Below are positions 35,178-42,772 of a stretch of DNA of 64,000 nt, one piece after another. How positions within the stretch are numbered: position 1 is the stretch's first letter; every line of letters begins with the position of its first letter. The stretch is from Actinomycetota bacterium (lineage in GTDB: Bacteria > Actinomycetota > UBA4738): assembly GCA_036259835.1 (NCBI GenBank), contig DATABA010000031.1, forward strand, positions 472 to 64,471, in the 5' to 3' direction. The notes beneath the pieces were generated by a model. That model had not been told where the DNA came from. It did no database searches and saw only the letters and a program-made list of their open reading frames with translations. The position numbers and the translations under genes are program-made.

Positions 35178-35945
35178 CTAGTCGGCCACCTCGATCGTGA
35201 AACCCCGGCCCGTTGCCTGGAAGTGGCCGACGTTCACGAACTCTGTCCCGTGGATCATGCCTCGATTGACAAGCGGCTGATGAACGTGCCCGAACAACGC
35301 ATACCTCGGCCGGTGCTGCTGCGCGTACGCGATCAGGGCGACCGATCCGGGCTCGAACTTCCTGGCAACGACGTCGTAGGTGTACCAGGGAATCCTGGGC
35401 GGCATGTGGGTGCAGATCACGTCAACCCGGCCGACTTGTTCGAACTTCGCCTCGTATTCCGCGTCCGACACTTCTCCCGGGATGCCAAGGGGCGTTTGCA
35501 CGCCGCCCCCGACGAACCCGAAAGTGGTGTCGCCGACCCGCACGCTCTCGCCATCAACGAATCGCACGCGCTCGGGCAGCGACGCGCGCAAAACATCGGG
35601 AACGTCCACGTTCCCGAACGTCACGTAGGTGCGGTCGGGAAGCGCCTCGAAGACCTGCTCGTATTGCCGTCGCGCCAACTCCAGGAATCGGGCCCGGAAA
35701 TCGAAGTCCGGCGCGGTGCTCCGCCGAATCGCCGCTCTAGCCTCGTCGAATTTCCCTCTGGATCGCAGGTCGGCCGCTTTCGCCACCGGTTCGCGCCCGA
35801 AGACCTCGACCAGGATCCCGTCCATCGTGCGGTAGTCGAGAACGTTGATGAGATCGCCCAGAACGAGCAGGACGTCGCACTCGCGGGCGATTGGCTGGAT
35901 GTGCTCGACCGCTCCGTGAAGGTCCGAGATCGCGGTCACCCGCAC
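35178..35945 (-). CDS. Metallophosphoesterase
   Basis: ..VTAISDLHG.., ..VLGDLIN.., ..GNVD.., ..FGHVH... Start taken at GTG 35945, because the track start at 36023 adds an unconserved extension that overlaps the divergent HAD gene. Confidence 0.75.
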   Translation of the reverse strand: MRVTAISDLHGAVEHIQPIARECDVLLVLGDLINVLDYRTMDGILVEVFGREPVAKAADLRSRGKFDEARAAIRRSTAPDFDFRARFLELARRQYEQVFEALPDRTYVTFGNVDVPDVLRASLPERVRFVDGESVRVGDTTFGFVGGGVQTPLGIPGEVSDAEYEAKFEQVGRVDVICTHMPPRIPWYTYDVVARKFEPGSVALIAYAQQHRPRYALFGHVHQPLVNRGMIHGTEFVNVGHFQATGRGFTIEVAD

Positions 35946-35970
35946 GCCGAGGAGGGTAGCATCCGCCGTC

Positions 35971-36738
35971 GTGACTCCCAGCGACGGCCCGGTTCGAGGG
36001 ATTCTCTTCGATTTCGGCCACACGCTCGTGGATTTCCAACGAACTCAGGAAGCGCTTCACGCGGCGTACGAACAGATCAGAGCTCGCATCGAGGCGGTCG
36101 CGTACATGGAGGTTCCTGAGCTATTGGATCTGGTGGAGCGAGTCGCCGGCGGCGTTGATCGCCTGGTGGAGCAGTCCTACGAGGAGCGAAGGTTGCAAGA
36201 GCTGGACCAGGCCCAGCTGCTTCGCGATTCGTTCGCGACGATCGGATTCGACCTCCCGGACGACGTTCTCGAGCACATCGTGCACCTCGATCACTCGGCA
36301 TACTCGAATTCGCTCACTGTTACACCGGACGTGATGTCAACACTCGAGGACCTTCACGCTCGCGGATACCGAATGGGACTCGTGTCGAACCTCTCGCTGC
36401 GTCCGGCGCTCGTCAGGCAGGATCTCGATCGACTCGGCCTCGCTCGGTTCCTCGAAGCCACCGTTTTCTCGAGCGAGATCGGATATCGAAAGCCGGATCC
36501 TCGAATCTTTCAGACCGCCTTGGAGCGGCTGGAGTCAGATCCGGCAGAAACCGTGTTCGTTGGTGACCGGCTGCTTGACGACATAAGCGGCGCGCGTGCA
36601 GTCGGAATGCGAGGGGTGCAGACCCGACAGTTCAGGCAGGAAGAGAACCCCGAGGTCGTTCCCGACGGCGTTATCGAGCACCTCAAGGAGCTTCCCGGCG
36701 TGCTCGAGCGGTGGCCCGGTCCTCGAACACGGTCCTGA
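35971..36738 (+). CDS. HAD-superfamily hydrolase (subfamily IA-like)
   Basis: Motif I ILFDFGHTL, motif II ..LVSN.., motif III/IV ..YRKPD.. and ..VFVGDRLLDDISGA... Confidence 0.8.
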   Translation: MTPSDGPVRGILFDFGHTLVDFQRTQEALHAAYEQIRARIEAVAYMEVPELLDLVERVAGGVDRLVEQSYEERRLQELDQAQLLRDSFATIGFDLPDDVLEHIVHLDHSAYSNSLTVTPDVMSTLEDLHARGYRMGLVSNLSLRPALVRQDLDRLGLARFLEATVFSSEIGYRKPDPRIFQTALERLESDPAETVFVGDRLLDDISGARAVGMRGVQTRQFRQEENPEVVPDGVIEHLKELPGVLERWPGPRTRS

Positions 36739-37153
36739 GCGCCACGAGGCCGTTTCGAATCGCCGACCGGTAGGCTCGCTCGCGCCGATTCCACCGACGC
36801 GGACGAGTGGCGAGCCTCAGAAGGCCGTTGACGACGGTTCCTTCCTTGGAGGGTTCCAGGAACCACTCCAGCACTCCATCCACGTCGCCGGCCATCTGGA
36901 TGATCACCCCGACTCCTGGGCGCTTCCCTGCGACGGAAGCCTTCACCCGACCCAGCGCGGGAAGCGTCAGCGTGACGTGTCGTTCGGTCTCACGTTCATC
37001 TATCCGGATGTCGCTCCACCACGACGGATACGTGGGAAGGCTTTCGACAATCCGATAGACGTCTTCCGGCGGTCCGGGAACCCAGCCTCGGTCGTGAACG
37101 GAGACTTCAGGCGCATACGGTTCGGCGGGAGTGGAAGGTCGCCCGTAATCCAT
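36683..37153 (-). CDS. SRPBCC-family protein (START-like)
   Basis: 156 aa. ..PPEDVYRIVESLPTYPSWWSDI... It lies 7 nt downstream of the GT4 gene, and its 3' end overlaps the convergent HAD gene by 56 nt. Confidence 0.6.
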   Translation of the reverse strand: MDYGRPSTPAEPYAPEVSVHDRGWVPGPPEDVYRIVESLPTYPSWWSDIRIDERETERHVTLTLPALGRVKASVAGKRPGVGVIIQMAGDVDGVLEWFLEPSKEGTVVNGLLRLATRPRRWNRRERAYRSAIRNGLVALRTVFEDRATARARREAP

Positions 37154-37160
37154 CAGGCGC

Positions 37161-38291
37161 TCACCGCGCGGCTTGGGTGAGGATCGCGCTCAGCTTCTCG
37201 GCCGCGATCGGCCAGGTGAACTCGTTCTCCGCCCGCGCCCGGCCTGCGGAGCCCATCCGATTGGCGGCTTCCCGGTCGCTTAGCAGCTGGGCAATGGCGA
37301 GCGCCACGGCTTTCGGTTCGCGGCCCTCCACGAGGAGTCCTGTTTCCTCGTCGGCAACGGCTTCGTCGGCTCCTCCCGACCGCCCCGCAACCACAGCCTT
37401 GCCCGTCGCCGCAGCCTCCAGGAAGACGATCCCGAAGCCCTCCACTTCCAGACCGCCCCACCTGGATCGGCACGGCATGGCGAAGACGTCGGCCGCCGCG
37501 TAGTACTGCGGAGCGTCTTCGTCGCTGACCTCTCCGACGAAGACGACGGAGCCGGACGGGGCACGGGCGGCCTCTGCCTCGAGCTTCGGGCGGTATGGAC
37601 CGCCCCCCGCCAGAACGAGAACCGCCTCGGGAACGAGCCTGCGAATGAACTCCATCGAGCGGATGAGGATGTCCTGCCCTTTTCGGGGCACGAGCCGGGA
37701 CACGCACACGATCATGGGACTCGCGTCGAGCCCCCAGCCGTCGCGTACCGGCGTCCCATCCACCGAAGGAGCGAACCGGTCCACATCCACGCCGGGATAC
37801 AGAACGCTCAAGGGAACATGAGCGGGCACAGCAGTTCTGATAGCTCGGGCGGTGTACCGGCTCACAGCTGTGACCGCTCGCGCGTGGTGAAGCGCCTTTC
37901 GAAGCGCCGCGGACAGCGCCGGGACTCGCGCGACCCACGCTTCCACCCCATGCGTCAGCACGGCGTACGGAAGGCCCCGAGAGGCGAGATTCGGACCGAT
38001 CAGCGGGAGGGGGAACCCGTGTCCGAACAGGACGACGTCCGCCCGATGCTCCCGAACCAGCGACCGAACACGCCGGGCAAGATCGGACGAGGGCGAGACG
38101 AACGAGGACGGCCAGCGGTGAACGGCGAAGGGCTGCCCTTCATCGTGTTCCCGCCATCCCGCCCAGTTCGGAGCGAGGACCGCGACACGGTCGTGTGGAA
38201 GGTGGCGGACCAGGTTCCACACATACTGCTGCACCCCACCAACGCGCGGCGGGAAATCGTTCGTCACGACCAGCACTCTTGGAACGTCCAT
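37161..38291 (-). CDS. Glycosyltransferase family 4 (PimA/PimB-like mannosyltransferase-type)
   Basis: RVLVVTNDFPPRVGGVQQYVWNL.. at the N-terminus. ..RLVPRKGQD.. and ..GFGIVFLEAAATGKAVVAGRSGGADEAV.. form the EX7E region. Confidence 0.85.
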   Translation of the reverse strand: MDVPRVLVVTNDFPPRVGGVQQYVWNLVRHLPHDRVAVLAPNWAGWREHDEGQPFAVHRWPSSFVSPSSDLARRVRSLVREHRADVVLFGHGFPLPLIGPNLASRGLPYAVLTHGVEAWVARVPALSAALRKALHHARAVTAVSRYTARAIRTAVPAHVPLSVLYPGVDVDRFAPSVDGTPVRDGWGLDASPMIVCVSRLVPRKGQDILIRSMEFIRRLVPEAVLVLAGGGPYRPKLEAEAARAPSGSVVFVGEVSDEDAPQYYAAADVFAMPCRSRWGGLEVEGFGIVFLEAAATGKAVVAGRSGGADEAVADEETGLLVEGREPKAVALAIAQLLSDREAANRMGSAGRARAENEFTWPIAAEKLSAILTQAAR

Positions 38292-38296
38292 CCGGC

Positions 38297-39451
38297 TCAG
38301 ACGGTGCCGTCGGCACGCAGAGCATCCATACCGGCGCCGTCCACGCCGAGCGCTGCCAGGACATCGCCGGTGTGTTCGCCGAGCCTCGGTGCGGGCTTGA
38401 GGGCGGTTTGCGGTAGCCCCGACATCTTCAGCGGAGGACCTGGTCCGACGGGTTGGCCGTCGATCTCGGCAACCATCCCCCGGTGCCGCACCTGAGGATC
38501 CGCGAGCGCCTCTCCGAGGTCATTCACCGGTCCGACGCATGACGGCACGTCGCGAAATTCATCCAGCCACTCGGCGCGATTACGCGTGGCGAAGATCTCC
38601 TGCAGGCGGTCTCCCATTTCCGCTTGGCGCTCAGGCGCGGCGTACTGGTCGGGGATCAGCTCCGGACACCTGAGCCTGTTGCACAATGCTTCCCAGAACT
38701 GCGGTTCGAGCGCGCCCACGGTGAGATAGCCGCCGTCGCCTGCTCGGTAGACCCGATAACACGCGTAGCCCCCGGTTAGAGACGCCATTCCTCGTTCGGG
38801 CGCCATTCCCGTTGCCAGGTATTCGCCCGCATGGATCGATAGCCACGAAACGACTCCGTCGAGCATTGACGTGTCAATGAAGCGTCCCTGTCTGCTCCTG
38901 GGTCGGTCCAGCAAGGCGGCCAGGATCCCCACCGCCGCGAGCATCCCTCCTCCGCCGAGGTCTCCCACCTGAACTCCAGGGACGACAGGTGGCCCGCCCG
39001 GCGCGCCGGTCATCGAAAGGACCCCGCCGTATCCCAGGTAGTTGATGTCGTGTCCCACCAGGTCGCGGTACGGCCCGTCCTGCCCGTACCCGGTAATGGC
39101 GCAGTACACGAGCTGCGGGTTCGCCTCGGACAACGCTTCGTATCCCACACCGAGACGCGCCATCACTCCGGGGCGGAAGCTCTCGACCAGGACGTCGGCG
39201 CGTGAGGCGAGCTTCCGCAGCAGCGAAACACCGTCTGGGTTCTTGAGGTTCAGGGTTATGGAGCGCTTCCCTCTGTTCAGCGCCCGGTGGGCGGCGCTCT
39301 CCCCCTCCACCAACGGAGGAGTCCACCGGATGTAGTCGCCCCTGGCGGGCTCCTCGACCTTGATCACGTCGGCTCCGAGATCGGCCAGGAGCAACGTGCA
39401 GTAGCCGCCAGGCAAGAGCCGGGTGAGATCCAGAATCGTGATCCCAGCCAG
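38297..39451 (-). CDS. Family III CoA-transferase (CaiB/BaiF / alpha-methylacyl-CoA racemase-like); apparent non-canonical start
   Basis: ..LPGGYCTLLLADLGADVIKVEEP..RGDY.. The conserved PLAGITILDLTRL segment lies upstream of the first ATG/GTG/TTG (TTG 39415). CTG at 39451 is the best in-frame candidate after the in-frame stop at 39497-39499. Confidence 0.8.
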   Translation of the reverse strand: MAGITILDLTRLLPGGYCTLLLADLGADVIKVEEPARGDYIRWTPPLVEGESAAHRALNRGKRSITLNLKNPDGVSLLRKLASRADVLVESFRPGVMARLGVGYEALSEANPQLVYCAITGYGQDGPYRDLVGHDINYLGYGGVLSMTGAPGGPPVVPGVQVGDLGGGGMLAAVGILAALLDRPRSRQGRFIDTSMLDGVVSWLSIHAGEYLATGMAPERGMASLTGGYACYRVYRAGDGGYLTVGALEPQFWEALCNRLRCPELIPDQYAAPERQAEMGDRLQEIFATRNRAEWLDEFRDVPSCVGPVNDLGEALADPQVRHRGMVAEIDGQPVGPGPPLKMSGLPQTALKPAPRLGEHTGDVLAALGVDGAGMDALRADGTV

Positions 39452-39473
39452 CGGGGCGCCGGTCGGGTGCGCT

Positions 39474-39791
39474 TCAGGCCCCTCTCTGAAGCACCTTCAG
39501 CACTCCGGTGACGCCGAGCTTCTCCGCCACTTGACCCTTCGCCCCCTCGACCAAGAACCTCTTGCCACGCTCCTGCGATTCCTTGAGCAGCGAAACCAGT
39601 GTGGCAACGCCGTAGCTGTCCATGAACGTGACTGGAGACAGGTCGACCCGAATCACCTTGACGCCATCATCCACGAAATGGTCTTCCAGGGCACGGCGCA
39701 ATTGTTCGGCTCGAAAATGATGAGCCAGCTCCCCGCTCAGCTGGAGGAGGACCGAGTCTTCCGTCCGGGCAGCTATTCGGTACTGGACCAT
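39474..39791 (-). CDS. STAS-domain anti-sigma-factor antagonist (SpoIIAA/RsfB-like)
   Basis: MVQYRIAARTEDSVLLQLSGEL....VIRVDLSPVTFMDSYGVATLVSLL.. SD AAGGGAG precedes the ATG at 39791. Confidence 0.8.
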   Translation of the reverse strand: MVQYRIAARTEDSVLLQLSGELAHHFRAEQLRRALEDHFVDDGVKVIRVDLSPVTFMDSYGVATLVSLLKESQERGKRFLVEGAKGQVAEKLGVTGVLKVLQRGA

Positions 39792-40073
39792 TCCCGCTCC
39801 CTTGCGGGGCGCAGAGTCAAGCCGCCGGCGCCGGACTCCCGCCACCGGCGAGGTCTAACTTCCCGCTTCCCGCGGTCCTTATGCGCTCGGGGCGCCAAAA
39901 AACCCGATTTCGTCACTTTGAGGTATGGACGCCGAGCCGAGAAATTGGCAGGATGGCCCTTCTCAATCACGGCCTGCTCGAAGCGGTACTCACTCACGGC
40001 GAATGTGCAAGGGGGGATCGTGGAACAGGACGGCGCAGGGAGCCCCTGGTCTTTTGGCGAACAAGCGCTTAGG

Positions 40074-40352
40074 ATGACCGGCGTGCCGAGCCCGGACATC
40101 GACCTGAAGACCCTTCCGAAGGACGTCAGCCCACCCGACTACTGGCAGGAACGCGCGGCCTGCTACGGCCTGGACGCGGAGGTCTTCTTCCCGACCACGG
40201 AGGAGGAAGCGGGGCTCGCCCTCTCGTATTGCTCCGTCTGCCCTGTGAAGGAGCTCTGCCTGGCGTGGGCGCTCAAGAACGGCGAGCGCTACGGCGTATG
40301 GGGAGGCACCACGGAGCAGCAGCGGCGACGGCTGATCCGCCACGTGGCCTGA
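40074..40352 (+). CDS. WhiB-family [4Fe-4S] transcription regulator
   Basis: Four Cys (AAC..x..YCSVCPVKELC) plus the GVWGG turn and a basic C-terminus (QQRRRLIR). The internal ATG of track ORF 39423..40352 is used; the exact start is uncertain. Confidence 0.85.
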   Translation: MTGVPSPDIDLKTLPKDVSPPDYWQERAACYGLDAEVFFPTTEEEAGLALSYCSVCPVKELCLAWALKNGERYGVWGGTTEQQRRRLIRHVA

Positions 40353-40422
40353 GGCGACCACCCCACCCACCCCGCTCCGAACCAGCTCAGAGCCTGGTAG
40401 CGACCTCCGTTCCTATAATCGA

Positions 40423-41601
40423 TTGGTGAAGCGCGCAGTTATCGTCGAAGGAGCTCGGACTCCCGTGGGGCGCTTCCTCGGCTCCTTTTCCGAGCTCCCC
40501 GCGGTCGATCTCGGAATCAGGGCGACCACGGCCGCTCTGGAACGAGCCGGCGTTCTGGTCTCTGAAGTAGACGAGCTCGTCTTCGGCCACGCCCGCCAAG
40601 CCGGAAACGGGCCGAATCCGGCGCGTCAAGTGGCCTTCCGGTCCGGCCTCGGCGAGGAAACCCCCGCGTTCACGGTGAACATGGCGTGCGGCTCGGGGAT
40701 GAAGGCCATCCAGGTGGCTGCGGAACAGGTGATGCTCGGCAACGCCGAAGTTGTCGTGGCGGGCGGGCAGGAGAACATGACCCGAACCCCCTTCCTCCTC
40801 GACCGTATGCGGTTCGGATACCGGATGGGCAACGCCACCGTCTACGACGGGATGCAGCGAGACGGCTTCCTCGACCCACTCTGTGGCCTGATCATGGGCG
40901 AAACCGCGGAGAACCTTGCCCGGCGGTACGAGATCCCTCGCGAAGAGCAGGATGAGTTCGCGCTCCGGTCACAACAGAAGGCCGAGGCCACCGCCGACCG
41001 CAGGGCCAAGGAGATCGTTCCCGTCGAGGCGCCCGGTCGAAAGGGCAGCATCGTCGTGGAGCGTGACGAGCATCCTCGGGGCGACACGTCCATGGAAGGC
41101 CTGAAGAAGCTGAAGCCGGTGTTCGACCCCGAATCGGGAACCATCACGGCGGGCAATTCATCCGGTATCACCGACGGCGCCGCAGCGCTCATCGTCATGT
41201 CGGAGGACCGGGCGAAGGCCGAGGGTCGCCAACCGTTGGCCCGAATCGTCGCCTACGCCAGCGTCGGCGTGGATCCCGCGTACATGGGCATCGGCGTCGT
41301 TCCAGCCACCCAGAAGGTCCTGGAGAAGACCGGTCTGTCGATACAGGACTTCGAGGTCGTCGAGCTCAACGAAGCGTTCGCCGCTCAGGTCCTTGCCTGC
41401 GATCGCGAGCTGAAGCTGGACCACGACCGCCTCAATCCGAACGGCGGGGCCATCGCTTTGGGTCATCCGATCGGAATGACCGGCGCCCGGATCGTCCTCA
41501 CCACCGCCTACGAAATGCGCGAGAAGGGCTACTCGCTCGGGCTCGCCACGCTGTGCATCTCCGGCGGGATGGGCATGGCCATGGTGCTGGAGAGGACCTA
41601 G
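40423..41601 (+). CDS. Acetyl-CoA C-acetyltransferase (thiolase II)
   Basis: ..VNMACGSGMKAI.. (active-site Cys), ..NEAFAAQ.., ..NPNGGAIALGHPIGMTGARI.., ..CISGGMG... Length 392 aa. Confidence 0.9.
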   Translation: MVKRAVIVEGARTPVGRFLGSFSELPAVDLGIRATTAALERAGVLVSEVDELVFGHARQAGNGPNPARQVAFRSGLGEETPAFTVNMACGSGMKAIQVAAEQVMLGNAEVVVAGGQENMTRTPFLLDRMRFGYRMGNATVYDGMQRDGFLDPLCGLIMGETAENLARRYEIPREEQDEFALRSQQKAEATADRRAKEIVPVEAPGRKGSIVVERDEHPRGDTSMEGLKKLKPVFDPESGTITAGNSSGITDGAAALIVMSEDRAKAEGRQPLARIVAYASVGVDPAYMGIGVVPATQKVLEKTGLSIQDFEVVELNEAFAAQVLACDRELKLDHDRLNPNGGAIALGHPIGMTGARIVLTTAYEMREKGYSLGLATLCISGGMGMAMVLERT

Positions 41602-41623
41602 ACGCTCTCGGAACCAGACCGGG

Positions 41624-41731
41624 TCAGCGAAGAACCCAGACCAGCGCGGCCGCGATCATCGCCAGCCCGAACAGGAAAAGCAGGACATCTCCGGCCTTGA
41701 TCTTCCCGGGTTGCATCGGGTTGAAGCCCAT
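41624..41731 (-). CDS. Candidate 35-aa single-TM small protein (below the ORF-track cutoff)
   Basis: The ATG lies 2 nt after the TAG stop of the 81-aa gene. Product MGFNPMQPGKIKAGDVLLFLFGLAMIAAALVWVLR. Third-codon positions are G/C-rich. Confidence 0.35.
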   Translation of the reverse strand: MGFNPMQPGKIKAGDVLLFLFGLAMIAAALVWVLR

Positions 41732-41733
41732 CC

Positions 41734-41979
41734 CTAGGTATCGACCTCGTGAAGCCGGTAGTACTCCTCGAACTTCGCCGGGGACAGCCAGTAGATGTGC
41801 TGCTCGACCGTCGAAGCGAACGTCCTGGCTTCGGCTTCGCTCGAACAGGATCGAGTAAAGGCCACGGCGCCACTAGGTCGAAGGATCTGCACATCCCACC
41901 CGGACGCGCCCTGGTTCAAGCGGACCGTGTAGTAGTTGATGGGCACTTCGCGATGGGCCTCTGGCTTGCCAGCCGTCAT
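41734..41979 (-). CDS. Hypothetical 81-aa protein (third gene of the REC operon)
   Basis: MTAGKPEAHREVPINYYTVRLNQGASGWDVQILRPSG... with balanced composition. The ATG overlaps the upstream TGA (TGATG). The N-terminal part of the longer track ORF 41734..42303 is Arg/Gly/Pro shadow-like. Confidence 0.5.
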   Translation of the reverse strand: MTAGKPEAHREVPINYYTVRLNQGASGWDVQILRPSGAVAFTRSCSSEAEARTFASTVEQHIYWLSPAKFEEYYRLHEVDT

Positions 41980-42281
41980 CACCGAAAAATGCCTCGCCGT
42001 TGCTTCTTCCGATTGTCCTTCAGCCGATCGAGATGCGCCTCGAGCGGGGCGATGAGCGATTCCCGGTCGAATGTCATGGCCGGTTCCATGTCGGAAATTT
42101 TCTCGAGGGCGTTTTCCAGGACGTTGCCGGCGTTCTCCGCCGTCTCCAGCGCCTCCGCCAGGATCGCGGTGTAGTCGCTGTTGAACGGCAGCCCATCCCA
42201 TGGGCAGTGACCCTGGGTCTGCAGGATCTGTTGAACCAGGACGTCCCGGCCGCACTCCTTGTGGAACACCTTGATCTTCAA
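41979..42281 (-). CDS. Hypothetical 100-aa protein (second gene of the REC operon)
   Basis: MKIKVFHKECGRDVLVQQILQTQGHCPWDGLPF... followed by a helical acidic segment. The TTG start overlaps the REC stop (GTTTGA) and is preceded by AGGGAGG. Confidence 0.55.
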   Translation of the reverse strand: MKIKVFHKECGRDVLVQQILQTQGHCPWDGLPFNSDYTAILAEALETAENAGNVLENALEKISDMEPAMTFDRESLIAPLEAHLDRLKDNRKKQRRGIFR

Positions 42282-42670
42282 ACCGCCTCCCTCTTGTCGT
42301 CACCGACGAACCCGGCCACCGTGTCGGCGATCTCGAATGGGTTCACCGGCTTCACGAACCACGCGTCTGCCCCTGACCACCTCGCCAGCCATTCGTCGTG
42401 TCGCCGGTCCAGGAAGATGATCACTCGCCCGGGGAACTGGGGATCCGCGTTCTTCAGGTCTCGGGCCACAGCGAACGCTCCGGCGCGAGAGGCGATTTCG
42501 TCGGCCACGACCACATCGGGGACGTGCCGCCATGCCAGGGCGATTCCGCGAATTCCGTCCCTTGCCTCCAGGAACTCGGGTTCTTCGCCGGTGGATCGTT
42601 TCACGCTTCGCATGATGGCGGCCATGGCGTCCCGCACCTTGGGGTCCGAGGAAATGAGCAGGATCTTCAC
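42278..42670 (-). CDS. Stand-alone response-regulator receiver (REC) domain protein
   Basis: 130 aa. MKILLISSDPK.. (acidic pocket), ..PDVVVADE.. (phospho-acceptor Asp position), ..AWFVKPVNP.. (conserved Lys-Pro). No output domain. Confidence 0.75.
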   Translation of the reverse strand: MKILLISSDPKVRDAMAAIMRSVKRSTGEEPEFLEARDGIRGIALAWRHVPDVVVADEIASRAGAFAVARDLKNADPQFPGRVIIFLDRRHDEWLARWSGADAWFVKPVNPFEIADTVAGFVGDDKREAV

Positions 42671-42679
42671 GCGGCCCCG

Positions 42680-42685
42680 ATTCTA
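42680..42685 (-). promoter_or_regulatory. Candidate -10 hexamer (TAGAAT) for the REC operon, possibly a short-leader or leaderless transcript
   Basis: The minus strand reads CTGGTTAGAATCGGGGCCGC-GTG. A TANNNT hexamer sits 9 nt upstream of the GTG start, and no convincing SD lies in between. Confidence 0.3.
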
Positions 42686-42772
42686 ACCAGCGACCTGCGC
42701 GGATCCGGCAGCCTGAGGCAGACTACGCAGGGCCACGACGGCTGCGCAGAGCTTTGGAAGAAAGGGGACGAC

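Noticed and set aside
36683-36738. 56-nt convergent overlap between the HAD hydrolase and SRPBCC genes
   Set aside because: It is most likely just overlapping unconserved C-terminal tails, or one slightly over-extended ORF. I see no evidence of a functional antisense arrangement.
39423-40073. Long N-terminal extension of the WhiB ORF (309-aa track ORF)
   Set aside because: It would overlap the STAS gene antisense. WhiB proteins are about 80-130 aa, and only the last ~92 aa carry the Cys4 and GVWGG features.
40054-40075. TTGGCG ... TAGGAT as a whiB promoter
   Set aside because: The spacing between the two hexamers is only about 10 nt, and the TAGGAT overlaps the candidate ATG. It is not a credible -35/-10 pair.
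41598-41894. 98-aa minus-strand ORF, and the 189-aa form of 41734..42303
   Set aside because: Both have Arg/Gly/Pro-rich shadow composition. The coupled 100-aa, 81-aa and 35-aa reading frames give balanced compositions and sensible start contexts.
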